This document shows, in pieces, positions 38,281-47,942 of a stretch of 64,000 nucleotides of DNA. Source of the stretch: Candidatus Moraniibacteriota bacterium (GTDB lineage: Bacteria; Patescibacteriota; Minisyncoccia; Moranbacterales; UBA1568); contig CP064975.1 of assembly GCA_016699425.1 (NCBI GenBank), positions 987,957-1,051,956 on the forward strand. Reading direction: 5' to 3'. The notes beneath the pieces are model-generated. The model did not search any database. It had not been told where the DNA came from and saw nothing but the letters and a program-made list of their open reading frames with translations. A program made the position numbers and the translations under genes. Position 1 is the first letter of the stretch. The number at the start of each line of letters is the position of its first letter.

Positions 38281-38778
38281 CTAAATCAGAAATCGTTTCT
38301 TGTTGTCGGAGAGGTTCATGAAGTCGTCTGCTTTCTCGAGGAGCTTGGCCGAGGCTGACTCGGCAAAGGCAATGACCTCGACCCGACAGCCGAAGGTATT
38401 TTGGAGGTACTCCACCAGGTGGACATAGTCTCCATCCCCCGAGACGAGCACGATGACATCGACTTTTGCGGCCATTTTGATTGCATCGATCGCGATACCG
38501 ACATCCCAGTCACCCTTGCGCGAGCCGTCAGGGAAGATCTGCAAGTCCTTGGTCATCACATCATACCCGCTCTTGGTCAACGCCTCAAAGAACTTCTCCT
38601 CCATACCCTCCGTCGTCTTAATGCCATAGGCCAGGGCACGAATGAGCTTGCGTTCATTGGTCCCCGCCTCCAGGACGGCCTTGAAATTTACTTTTTTGCT
38701 ATACAGCACTCGCGCGCTGTAGTAGAGGTTTTGGATATCCACGAGCACCCCTACCCGCTGGTCACTAAACTTCGCCAT
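38281..38778 (-). CDS. NYN-domain (LabA-like/DUF88) protein
   Basis: VGVLVDIQNLYYSAR...DVIVLVSGDGDYVHLVEYLQ is the NYN nuclease-fold signature. Confidence 0.7.
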   Translation of the reverse strand: MAKFSDQRVGVLVDIQNLYYSARVLYSKKVNFKAVLEAGTNERKLIRALAYGIKTTEGMEEKFFEALTKSGYDVMTKDLQIFPDGSRKGDWDVGIAIDAIKMAAKVDVIVLVSGDGDYVHLVEYLQNTFGCRVEVIAFAESASAKLLEKADDFMNLSDNKKRFLI

Positions 38779-38840
38779 AATAAATGTTTCACCGGTTTAA
38801 AATGCCTCAACAGAAACCGCCACTCGCGTGGCGGAAAAGT

Positions 38841-39104
38841 TTACAACCCGAGTTTCTTCACGAGCGCCTTGTAGGCCTTCTCGTTCACCTTCGCGAGGTA
38901 TGTGAGGAGCTTCTTGCGCTTGGCCACCATCTTCAGCAAGCCGCGGCGAGAATGAAAGTCTTGCTTATTCTTCTTCAAATGGGTGGTGAGTCGCTTGATC
39001 TGCTCCGTGAAAAGAGCGATCTGATACTCGGGAGAACCCGTGTCCGAATCATGTCGTTTCACATCACCCGTTACCTTTTCCTTTTGCTTGTGCGAGAGCG
39101 CCAT
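38841..39104 (-). CDS. rpsO: 30S ribosomal protein S15
   Basis: MALSHKQKEKVTGDVKRHDSDTGSPEYQIALFTEQIKRLTTHLKKNKQDFHSRRGLLKMV... Confidence 0.9.
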   Translation of the reverse strand: MALSHKQKEKVTGDVKRHDSDTGSPEYQIALFTEQIKRLTTHLKKNKQDFHSRRGLLKMVAKRKKLLTYLAKVNEKAYKALVKKLGL

Positions 39105-39275
39105 AGCGTCTTTGTCAGCGATGGACTCGCCGCAGCAGTTACCCGCCGGACCAATCCACGCTCGATGTATAAAAATTACCTTGTGAGAATAACCTACTTT
39201 CAACATTCTAGCAAGTACCACCCCTGTTTATTTGTCGCTTGGGGAGGAGTGCTACCACCCCAAGCGATGTTTCCT

Positions 39276-39518
39276 TTAACTCACATCAGACTTACTGATC
39301 CTATCGGGCTCGTGGATACCCGCTTTCTGCTCATCCGGAACCTGGAGTGAAGAATCTTGCTCTTCACGAATCGCCGCATTACATGGCCGGACGGTCACTT
39401 GCGAACCAACTGGCACGATAGTTACTGGGAAACCACTTTCATCTATCGGCTTATTCATACCCTCTACCTCCATGAGAAAAGGTACCCTCTTCATACTAAA
39501 GGACCAGTCTTTCGTCAA
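39276..39518 (-). CDS. Hypothetical small protein (80 aa) between rpsO and ispG
   Basis: ORF only. No motif. Confidence 0.25.
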   Translation of the reverse strand: MTKDWSFSMKRVPFLMEVEGMNKPIDESGFPVTIVPVGSQVTVRPCNAAIREEQDSSLQVPDEQKAGIHEPDRISKSDVS

Positions 39519-39546
39519 GTCGCGCGTCTCTTGAGTTGAACTCTAC

Positions 39547-40728
39547 CTAAGCACGTGGTTCGATCCACATTCCCTTAGCCTTTATGAGCAGAACGAGCTC
39601 GTCCACCGCCCGCTCTGATGGTACATCTCGCTTCACCAGTTCTTTCTTGTGATACAGGTTCACTTTATTTCTCGCACCACCAACATAACCGAAATCGGCA
39701 TCTGCCATTTCTCCAAGTCCATTCACGATACATCCCATGATAGCAATGCGTACTCCTTTCAAATGACCCATCCGTTCCTTGATCACATTGGTCACCGTTT
39801 CAAGATCATACAACGTTCGGCCACACGATGGGCAAGAAATAAACTCTGTGCGAGTGATCCTGCGGCGGGCAGCTTGCAAGATCCCGTAACATGTAGGGAT
39901 CTCCTTCACTGGGTCCTCGGTTAGTGAAACACGGATCGTGTCCCCCACGCCATCCAGGAGGAGAGTGCCAATACCGAGTGTCGACTTCGCCCGTCCCTCC
40001 TCTCCATTTCCAGCCTCAGTCACTCCCAAATGGATTGGGTAGTCCATCCCTTCTTTCTCTAAAGTTGCAACGAGAAGTCGGTTGGCCTCGATCATAATCA
40101 AAGGATCAGAGGCCTTCATCGCGACAACAATATCATCAAAGCCATGCTTCCTGAAGATCCTCATGTACTCCATCGCCGACTCCACCATACCAATCGGAGT
40201 ATCCCCGAAACGAGAGAGGACTCGGTCCGAGAGTGAACCATGATTCGATCCGATACGGATGGCTTTCTTAGCCGACTTGGCAGCCTCGATAAACGGGAGA
40301 AGGCTCTTCTCAATTCGCGCGACCTCCTCAGAATAGCTCGCATCATCAAAAGTAAACTCCCGAAATATTTTCCCATCCAAGAAATTCCCAGGGTTCAGGC
40401 GGACCTTGTCTGCCCATTTGAGCGCTTCGAAAGCAGCCGCAGGGAGAAAATGCACATCAGCAATAAGTGGGACACGTACTCCATCCTGCAGAAGCTTTTC
40501 CCGGATTGGACCGAGTGCCTGGGCATGTTTCGGGGTTGGTGTCGTCAATCGGATGAGTTCACAACCCGCACTGACACATGCCTTGATCTGAACAACCGTC
40601 GTCTCGATATCAAGCGTATCGGTATTTGTCATCGTCTGCACACGGATTGGATTATCCCCACCAATCCCGACCGATCCGACCATCACCACACGTGTTTTTC
40701 GGCGCGGCTTGAGTACTGAATTATCCAT
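39547..40728 (-). CDS. ispG: 4-hydroxy-3-methylbut-2-enyl diphosphate synthase (flavodoxin)
   Basis: IRVQTMTNTDT...ACVSAGCELIRLT and the C-terminal FISCPSCGRT iron-sulfur cluster motif. Confidence 0.9.
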   Translation of the reverse strand: MDNSVLKPRRKTRVVMVGSVGIGGDNPIRVQTMTNTDTLDIETTVVQIKACVSAGCELIRLTTPTPKHAQALGPIREKLLQDGVRVPLIADVHFLPAAAFEALKWADKVRLNPGNFLDGKIFREFTFDDASYSEEVARIEKSLLPFIEAAKSAKKAIRIGSNHGSLSDRVLSRFGDTPIGMVESAMEYMRIFRKHGFDDIVVAMKASDPLIMIEANRLLVATLEKEGMDYPIHLGVTEAGNGEEGRAKSTLGIGTLLLDGVGDTIRVSLTEDPVKEIPTCYGILQAARRRITRTEFISCPSCGRTLYDLETVTNVIKERMGHLKGVRIAIMGCIVNGLGEMADADFGYVGGARNKVNLYHKKELVKRDVPSERAVDELVLLIKAKGMWIEPRA

Positions 40729-40743
40729 TGTCGTCTTTCTGGG

Positions 40744-43203
40744 TTACAACAAAGTGAAGGCTCCGACACGGTCGCCGGCCTGGGGTCGCATGACACGTAC
40801 ACCCTGCGTGACCCGCGAAAGAAGCGGGACTGAAGCAAACGGCACCCGGATAATGATGCCCTTTTCCGAGGTCACGAGCATGTCGATTTCTTGGTCGGCA
40901 GGACTGGTAATATAGGCGGAAACGAGCTTGCCGGTTTTTGTGGTCACATTCATGGTCTTGATGCCGGAGCCGCCGCGCTTCTGGATCTTGTAGTGCTTCA
41001 GATCACTGCGCTTGCCATAGCCATTTTCGGAGAGGATGAGCAGCTCGCGATCCTTTGCCCCCTTTTCGACAACATCCATCGCAACTACCTGATCCCCGGT
41101 CCGAAGCTTGATACCGCGCACACCAGCTGCATTCCGGCCCATCGCTCGGACATCGCTCTCCTTGAAACGAATCGCTTGACCTCCTTGAGTCGTGATCATG
41201 ACTTCATCCGTGCCAGTCGTCGGTGCGACCCAATTCAGTGTATCGCCCTTTTCCAAGTTGATGGCGATGAGACCCGAGCGACGAACATTGGAGAAATCTT
41301 CGAGCTTGGATTTCTTCACCGTGCCATCCGTCGTCGCCATAAAGAGAAATTTCGAAGCATCATTCTTACCGAACGCGATCATCGCCGTTATCTTTTCTTC
41401 GTTTGAAAGTTGGAGAAAATTCACCACAGCCTGACCCTTGGCCGTGCGCGATGACTCTGGGATCTCGTACGCCTTCGTCTGGAAAATCTTGCCAGTATTG
41501 GTGAAGAACATAAGACTGTCATGTGTCTCGATCGAGAGCACCTTGGCGATCTTATCCTCTTCCTTCGTCGTCGCGCCGATCACTCCTTTGCCGCCGCGCT
41601 TCTGCACCCGATAGACAGTCGGATTCATGCGCTTGATGTACCCGTCGTCCGAGAGCGTCACGATGGCTTCTTCATTCGGGATGAGGTCCTCCTGGCGGAA
41701 CTCACCGATGCCGTTCTTCATGACTCGGGTCCGCCGCTCATCGCCAAATTTGTCGCGCACTTCGATGAGCTCCGTTTTCACGAGCGCGAGGATTTTTTTC
41801 TTGTGCCGAAGGAGGTCTTCGAGGTAGGCAATCAGTTTCAATTTTTCCGCCAGTTCGTCTTCGATTTTCTTGCGCTCGAGTCCGGCCAAGGTCTGAAGTC
41901 GCATCTCGAGAATCGCCGCTGCCTGCTTGTCGGACAGCTTGAATTTTTTCATCAGATTCGCATGCGCTTCTTCCTTCGTCGGCGACTGCTTGATCGTCTT
42001 GATGATTTCGTCGATGTGATCAAGTGCTTTCTTCAGACCTTCGAGGATATGGGCGCGGTCCTTGGCCTTTTGTAATTCGTATTCGCTGCGCCGCGTCACC
42101 ACGCGTTCGCGATGGACGATGTAGTGTTCGAGGATAGACTTCAGGTTGAGGATCTGTGGATCGACACCATCGACCAAAGCCAGCATGTTCACATTGAAAT
42201 TCTTTTGTAGGTCGGTCTGCGAGTACAGCTTGTTCAAAACCTTTTGCGGAAAAGCATCTTTCTTCAGATCGATAACGATACGAACGCCGTCCTTGTCACT
42301 CTCATCGCGCAAGTCCCGGATGCCCTGAATTTTGTCCTCCTTCACGAGGTCAGCAATCTTCTCGATAAGTGTTGCTTTGTTCGTCGCATAGGTCATCTCG
42401 GACACGATGATCTGGAACGCACCCGCCTTCGTCTCGACGATTTCCGCCACAGCGCGCGAGATAATCGGTCCGCGGCCCGTGACATACGTCTCGCGGATAT
42501 CCCGGGTGCTGTAGATGATACCGCCAGTCGGAAAGTCCGGCCCCTTGATGAACTGCATCAGGTCATCAACGTCACACTCTGGATTGTCGATCTGGAAGCA
42601 GATCGCGTCGACGAGTTCATTCAAATTGTGTGGGGCGATATTCGACGCCATACCGACCGCGATGCCGACGGTGCCATTGAGGAGGAGCTGTGGCAGCTTG
42701 GCTGGCAGCACGACTGGCTCCTCGTGCACACCATCAAAGTTCGGGATGAAGTCTACCGTATCCTTGTCGATATCGACGAGCATCTCTTCGGCAATCGCTT
42801 TCAGCTTGGCCTCGGTGTAGCGATACGCCGCCGCCCGGTCACCATCCATCGATCCGAAGTTTCCCTGGCCCCAGATCAGCGGATAGCGAAGGGAAAAATC
42901 TTGCGCCATGCGGACCATAGTGTCATACACCGCGGTGTCGCCATGCGGGTGGTATTTGCCGAGCACTTCACCGACGACCGTTGCCGACTTGCGAAATTTC
43001 GCCGATGAGCGCAACCCCGTCGACCACATCGAGTAGAGGATGCGCCGATGCACCGGCTTCAGACCGTCCCGGACATCGGGCAGTGCCCGACCGACGATGA
43101 CCGACATCGCGTAGTCGAGGTAGGACTGCTTCACCTCTTCGGTGATATTGCGCGCTTCGATGCGTCCCGAGTGAAATACGTTTTTTTCAGTCTTGTCAGC
43201 CAT
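40744..43203 (-). CDS. gyrA: DNA gyrase subunit A
   Basis: [15 protein letters not shown]...[37 protein letters not shown] and C-terminal beta-pinwheel repeats. Confidence 0.92.
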   Translation of the reverse strand: MADKTEKNVFHSGRIEARNITEEVKQSYLDYAMSVIVGRALPDVRDGLKPVHRRILYSMWSTGLRSSAKFRKSATVVGEVLGKYHPHGDTAVYDTMVRMAQDFSLRYPLIWGQGNFGSMDGDRAAAYRYTEAKLKAIAEEMLVDIDKDTVDFIPNFDGVHEEPVVLPAKLPQLLLNGTVGIAVGMASNIAPHNLNELVDAICFQIDNPECDVDDLMQFIKGPDFPTGGIIYSTRDIRETYVTGRGPIISRAVAEIVETKAGAFQIIVSEMTYATNKATLIEKIADLVKEDKIQGIRDLRDESDKDGVRIVIDLKKDAFPQKVLNKLYSQTDLQKNFNVNMLALVDGVDPQILNLKSILEHYIVHRERVVTRRSEYELQKAKDRAHILEGLKKALDHIDEIIKTIKQSPTKEEAHANLMKKFKLSDKQAAAILEMRLQTLAGLERKKIEDELAEKLKLIAYLEDLLRHKKKILALVKTELIEVRDKFGDERRTRVMKNGIGEFRQEDLIPNEEAIVTLSDDGYIKRMNPTVYRVQKRGGKGVIGATTKEEDKIAKVLSIETHDSLMFFTNTGKIFQTKAYEIPESSRTAKGQAVVNFLQLSNEEKITAMIAFGKNDASKFLFMATTDGTVKKSKLEDFSNVRRSGLIAINLEKGDTLNWVAPTTGTDEVMITTQGGQAIRFKESDVRAMGRNAAGVRGIKLRTGDQVVAMDVVEKGAKDRELLILSENGYGKRSDLKHYKIQKRGGSGIKTMNVTTKTGKLVSAYITSPADQEIDMLVTSEKGIIIRVPFASVPLLSRVTQGVRVMRPQAGDRVGAFTLL

Positions 43204-43207
43204 AGAT

Positions 43208-43612
43208 TTAGCGTAGCGGCATTGTAGGATCAGCTGTCTCCTGTTGTGGCCGATCGTCTTTCGGGATCACTCCTTCTTCGTCTGGATTGATACGAGTCCG
43301 ATTCTCCACTTGTTCACGGAGAAACTCCTCTCCCGACTTCGGCATACTCGTATCAGGCGCTTTGTCACCCGAGAGGAGCTCGTCCAAAGAGAAGTCTGAG
43401 GGCTTGGGCAGGATGCCAGCAGCCGACGCGGTCACGTCTTCGGTTTTCGCGACCGTACTCTTGAAATTTTCGGAGACCGTCAGCGACCACACAATGATGA
43501 CGAAAAACATGGATGCGAACACACAGCCGACCACATAGCGCTGGCGGATATGCTCCGGCTTCGTCTTCACTTCCTCGATCCAGTTTTGGAGATTCCAACG
43601 CATAACGGACAA
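43208..43612 (-). CDS. Hypothetical membrane-anchored protein (134 aa)
   Basis: ORF 4 nt downstream of gyrA. One TM helix. Confidence 0.5.
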   Translation of the reverse strand: MSVMRWNLQNWIEEVKTKPEHIRQRYVVGCVFASMFFVIIVWSLTVSENFKSTVAKTEDVTASAAGILPKPSDFSLDELLSGDKAPDTSMPKSGEEFLREQVENRTRINPDEEGVIPKDDRPQQETADPTMPLR

Positions 43613-43613
43613 G

Positions 43614-44273
43614 TTAGTTTTTTGCGAGGAGGACGACTTCCAGGTTCTTGCCTTCCAGGTCCTTTTTCTTCACATTCCACTTGGGCAATGTCTCTTTGGG
43701 GCAATTCCCCATCACCTTACAAAAGGGCTTTTCGTCTGGCAAGGTCGTCGTCATGCCAGCGATCTTGTAGTGCATCGGGATGACCGCCTTCGGTTCGATC
43801 CGACGGACGAGATCGTCGATCATGTTCACTGGCAATGTATCACCATCCCCCGCCGGGACAAAGAGAATATCAACGCCTGAGAGCCGTTCGATTGTCTCCG
43901 GTGCCGGTTCCGCCCCGAGCGCCCCGAGGAAACACAGACGCATTTCTTCTGTTTCAAACAAAAATATCGTATTTTGGCCGCGCTCTGCCCCACCCTGGGC
44001 GTCTCGAGCACTCGGAAACCCGAGTACGGCCACCCCCCTAGCCGAATACTCGCCCGGCACAAAGATCTTGACCGGATCCCCTTTCACGACCGACAGCTCC
44101 TCGGCCTCGGGCGACTGATGAGAAAGCAAGACAATATCTGCCTCGCCCTGGGGAGCGCGCAGCCCCAACCCTTTGGCCGGTACATCCGTCACGATGACCA
44201 CGTCCTCGGTCGCCCGGCCATTTGGCTTGGTCGTGATTTTGAAGCAATAATCGCCGTAATACTGGATATTCAT
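43614..44273 (-). CDS. MBL-fold metal-dependent hydrolase-like protein (UPF0173-like, His motif degenerate)
   Basis: MNIQYYGDYCFKITT...VVIVTD resembles the N-terminus of the MxIxYxGHSxFxI hydrolases, but HxHxDH is absent. Confidence 0.45.
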   Translation of the reverse strand: MNIQYYGDYCFKITTKPNGRATEDVVIVTDVPAKGLGLRAPQGEADIVLLSHQSPEAEELSVVKGDPVKIFVPGEYSARGVAVLGFPSARDAQGGAERGQNTIFLFETEEMRLCFLGALGAEPAPETIERLSGVDILFVPAGDGDTLPVNMIDDLVRRIEPKAVIPMHYKIAGMTTTLPDEKPFCKVMGNCPKETLPKWNVKKKDLEGKNLEVVLLAKN

Positions 44274-44550
44274 CCCGTTAGAAACAAGGGTTTACCCCTG
44301 CCTCGTTTAATCATTCGTTAATACCATTCGCTCAATTGACTTTTACTGTAATCCCACACAGCATCTAACGGGATTCATAACAAAAATAGGGCGGTCAGGC
44401 CAATTCGAATATGCTTCATGGTAGCAAGAAATAGCCCCGCCGACAAGGTGTCGCACCAGTAATTATTGGCTCATACTAAGCCATAAATCTAGTATTTTTG
44501 GTATACTAGCAAGCCGCCTCTGGGGTGATCCTCGAGTGATCTCCCACGAA

Positions 44551-44579
44551 TTGACAAATAGTGACGGAATGGTTATAGT
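44551..44579 (+). promoter_or_regulatory. Consensus sigma70-type promoter TTGACA-n17-TATAGT
   Basis: Perfect -35 box, 17-nt spacer and near-consensus -10 box, 70 nt upstream of the ATG at 44650 (GAGGAG ribosome-binding site at 44636). Confidence 0.45.
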
Positions 44580-44649
44580 GGTATGTCGTCACAAACTCGT
44601 GCCGACCTCCGCCTCGGAGTATCGCAACCGTACCTTGAGGAGCACTACC

Positions 44650-44913
44650 ATGGAGCTCACACCTAAAAGACTACGCGAGATCAGCTACGAACTCTCCAAA
44701 CTGGAAGTCTGTGGAGAAGTCGGGAGAGTCGCTCGAGAGGAAGGTATTAAGCCCGAATGCGTTCGGTTCACCCGGCGCCAACTCATGACCAAGCCTGTAT
44801 GTATCGACGGTCTTGATATTGATGTACTTGGGATCTCCCGGGATGAGTACGCCACTTTCAAGCGGAAAGCAGCTGCCGATGCCGGCTATTCCGATCTCTA
44901 CTCAGATGAGTAG
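44650..44913 (+). CDS. Hypothetical small protein (87 aa)
   Basis: ORF with a GAGGAG ribosome-binding site, downstream of the consensus promoter. The longer ORF from 44536 would start upstream of the predicted -10 box. Confidence 0.5.
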   Translation: MELTPKRLREISYELSKLEVCGEVGRVAREEGIKPECVRFTRRQLMTKPVCIDGLDIDVLGISRDEYATFKRKAAADAGYSDLYSDE

Positions 44914-45003
44914 CCACCCCCTCCCTAGTCTTGATACAGGGTAATTACCTTTCTCCCCCCTGGGGACTTTGAGGCAGAACAAGAACCTCTATCTCACTCG
45001 GGC

Positions 45004-45040
45004 CCGTCGGACGCATACGCTGTATGTTCCGACGGTTTTC
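45004..45040 (+). terminator. Rho-independent terminator
   Basis: CCGTCGGAC-n15-GTCCGACGG followed by TTTT. Confidence 0.55.
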
Positions 45041-45345
45041 ATTATTTATTCGATTATACTCGCCATCAAATCCATACCGTGGTTTGATGCCTTGCCAGGC
45101 AAGCCTTCCTCTGTTACACTAGCCCCACGTTAATCTCAGCAGTAATCCAATTGAATACGGGATGCTTGAATCCTGATTGAGAAGTGATTTTCTCCTGTTT
45201 TTCTTCTCTTTTGGCCCCTGTTTTGATTCTTTGCACCCCAGATTCCCGGGGTTTTAATTTTTTACGGGATCCCCCCTGTCCCACCCAGCTTTTACCTTGT
45301 CGCTTCTCTACAAGCAACTCGCTAAGAGCTCCACGCTATACTCCT

Positions 45346-46470
45346 ATGTCGAACATGACCGATCTGAAGTTGAAAAGTAACATGACCGAGCTCGAACAGC
45401 TCTACGAAGCCCACTCGGCCGCGATACCGGATATCGGTGATGTCATCCCGGGTACCGTCATTCATGTCGGTTCCAGCTCAGCCTTGGTCGATCTCGGCTC
45501 TCTCGGGACCGGTATTGTCTTAGGTAAAGAGATGAAGGACGGCCTCGGTGGCGGCGTGAAACTGCACCTCGGCGACATCGTGCAGGCGACGCTCATGAGC
45601 TATGAGAATGAGGATGGCATGATCGAGCTGTCGATCCGTGAAGCGTCATACGACAAGAGTTGGGAAGACATCGAAACCAAACTCCAGAAGAAAGAAGTCG
45701 TCGAGACCAAGGTGAGCGACGCCAATAAGGGTGGCCTCATGATCGAAGTCAACGGCATCCCCGGTTTCCTCCCGGTGTCACAGCTCGCGAGCGAGCACTA
45801 CCCACGCGTCGAGGATGGCGACAAGAACAAGATTCTTGACCTCTTGAAAAAGCTCATCGGCGAAACATTGACGGTCCGTATCCTAGATGCCGATCGTGAA
45901 GGCGAAAAACTGATCGTGTCTGAGAAAGCCGCGCAAAGTGAGAAAGAGAAGGAATTCCTCAATCTCCTCCACGTCGGTGACACAATCGAAGGAACAGTCT
46001 CCGGCGTCGTGGACTTTGGTGCCTTCGTGAAGTTTGCCCTTCCTGGTGAACACGCCGACAAGCGACTCGAAGGTCTCGTCCATATTTCTGAGCTCGCTTG
46101 GCAACTCATCGATGATCCGCGCGAGATCGTGAAAACAGGTGACGCCGTCTCGGCCAAGATAATCGGTATCGATGACAACCGGATCTCGCTGTCCATGAAA
46201 GCGCTAAAGGCTGATCCATGGGAACATGTCGGCGAGCGCTACAAGGTAGGCGATGAAGTCCCCGGCACTGTCGACAAGATGAATCACTTCGGTGCTTTCG
46301 TCTATCTCGATAAAGACATTCACGGTCTGGCCCATGTCTCGGAATTTTCCGATGTCTACCCCGGCCGCAAAATGGAAGAAGTCTTCGAAGTTGGTAAGCC
46401 CTACAGTTGGAAGATTCTTTCGATCGAGCCACGAACGCACCGCCTCGGACTTCTCCCAGTGAAGAAATAA
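45346..46470 (+). CDS. rpsA: Ribosomal protein S1-like protein with four S1 RNA-binding domains
   Basis: Repeated GxV.G.V..V..fGaFV S1 signatures (GDVIPGTVIHVGSSSALVDLG; GDTIEGTVSGVVDFGAFVKF; GDEVPGTVDKMNHFGAFVYL). Start uncertain (ATG at 45346). Confidence 0.7.
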   Translation: MSNMTDLKLKSNMTELEQLYEAHSAAIPDIGDVIPGTVIHVGSSSALVDLGSLGTGIVLGKEMKDGLGGGVKLHLGDIVQATLMSYENEDGMIELSIREASYDKSWEDIETKLQKKEVVETKVSDANKGGLMIEVNGIPGFLPVSQLASEHYPRVEDGDKNKILDLLKKLIGETLTVRILDADREGEKLIVSEKAAQSEKEKEFLNLLHVGDTIEGTVSGVVDFGAFVKFALPGEHADKRLEGLVHISELAWQLIDDPREIVKTGDAVSAKIIGIDDNRISLSMKALKADPWEHVGERYKVGDEVPGTVDKMNHFGAFVYLDKDIHGLAHVSEFSDVYPGRKMEEVFEVGKPYSWKILSIEPRTHRLGLLPVKK

Positions 46471-46535
46471 CGCCGAAGTGCCCCGAGTCTAATCGAAGGG
46501 CGCTTTCGTGACTCGCCTCTGTTCAAACAAAATCC

Positions 46536-47099
46536 ATGAAGAACATTTTCATTATTTCCGGCGCGGCTGGATCAGGAAAAGATTCTATCATCGATAACCT
46601 TCGTTCGAAGTTGCCAATCGAACGCATCATCACCACGACGACCCGAACGATGCGGCCAGGCGAATCAGAAGGCAATCCGTATTACTTCGTCTCACGAGAA
46701 GACTTTCAACGAAGAATCGTGGCCGGGGACTTCATCGAGTATTCCACCAACGAAAATGGCGGCTTCTACGGTGTCACTCGGACTGAGCTCGAGCGAATCG
46801 AGAAACTAGGGGGCATTGCTGTCTGGCGCATCGATTGGAAAGGCGTCGAGACCATCAAGAAGCTGCACCCGGAAATCCTAGCCATTTATATTTCTGCTCC
46901 TATCGAGATACTAGAGGCTAGGCTGCGTGCGCGCGACACTGGAAAAAGCGAGACATACTTCCAGGAACGTATGGATTATACTCGTGAATGGCTCAATCAT
47001 CTCGATATCTATGACTACCAAGTCGAAAACGAAGAAGGGAAACTTGATGAAGCGACCGGCAGAGTCAAAAGCATCATCGAGCAGCATCTCGAAAAGTAG
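46536..47099 (+). CDS. gmk: Guanylate kinase
   Basis: P-loop ISGAAGSGKDS and TTTRTMRPGESEGNPYYFVSREDF. Confidence 0.8.
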   Translation: MKNIFIISGAAGSGKDSIIDNLRSKLPIERIITTTTRTMRPGESEGNPYYFVSREDFQRRIVAGDFIEYSTNENGGFYGVTRTELERIEKLGGIAVWRIDWKGVETIKKLHPEILAIYISAPIEILEARLRARDTGKSETYFQERMDYTREWLNHLDIYDYQVENEEGKLDEATGRVKSIIEQHLEK

Positions 47100-47124
47100 C
47101 GGCCTTGCTGAGACGCACGCTGGG

Positions 47125-47838
47125 TTGGTTTTCGTTCGTCGTTTTCAGAACACACTCGCAAAAAACAATCTTCTTCCCCGCGGCTCAAAGATCATCATCG
47201 CCGTCTCGGGCGGACCGGACAGTGTAGCCCTCTTCACCATCCTGGTACGACTCCGCGACAAACACAACTTCACGCTCCGAGCTGTGCATGTGAACTATGG
47301 GCTCCGCGGCCGCGATTCAGACCGGGATGAAAAGCTTGTGAAAAAACTGTGCGAAGAATGGTCCGTGCCACTCTCCCTCCTTCATCCAAATGAACGTCCG
47401 AAAAATAATATCGAGGAGCGACTGCGGATCATTCGCTATCGATTTTTCGAACGGATCCGCAAACAGTATGGCTTCAATTTCGTCGTGACGGCCCACACCA
47501 TGAGCGATCTCGCCGAGACATTTCTCTTAAATCTCTTGCGTGGTTCAGGGATGGCTGGGCTCTCGCCGTTTGAGCGAACCCATTCCAACCTTGCCCGGCC
47601 GCTCCTTGCTTTCAATCGCACGGAAATTAAAGCTTTCATCGAGACGGAAAGAATTCCTTCGAGAGTCGACCGAAGTAACTTCTCCCGACGCTTCACCCGA
47701 AATCGTATCCGTCACGAACTCTTGCCACTTCTCGAAACCTTCAATCCAAACATTATCGCTACTCTCAGAAAAACTGCCCATATTCTCAGTCAAAAGCATA
47801 AAAACACGCCGTCCGCGACTGAAGGAGTATTGGGTTGA
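47125..47838 (+). CDS. tilS: tRNA(Ile)-lysidine synthetase (short form); start codon uncertain (TTG at 47125 proposed)
   Basis: PP-loop IIIAVSGGPDSVAL. Located upstream of ftsH, the conserved tilS-ftsH synteny. The ORF frame overlaps the gmk 3' end, so a non-ATG start after 47099 is likely. Confidence 0.7.
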   Translation: MVFVRRFQNTLAKNNLLPRGSKIIIAVSGGPDSVALFTILVRLRDKHNFTLRAVHVNYGLRGRDSDRDEKLVKKLCEEWSVPLSLLHPNERPKNNIEERLRIIRYRFFERIRKQYGFNFVVTAHTMSDLAETFLLNLLRGSGMAGLSPFERTHSNLARPLLAFNRTEIKAFIETERIPSRVDRSNFSRRFTRNRIRHELLPLLETFNPNIIATLRKTAHILSQKHKNTPSATEGVLG

Positions 47839-47942
47839 AAAATGAGTTATCCTATGGTAGGCTGAAGCTTGCTTTTATCACTCTATAATAAACACAGCGG
47901 TCATAATTCTTGATTCTTTCCTCCTAATTCCTTTTCAATACT

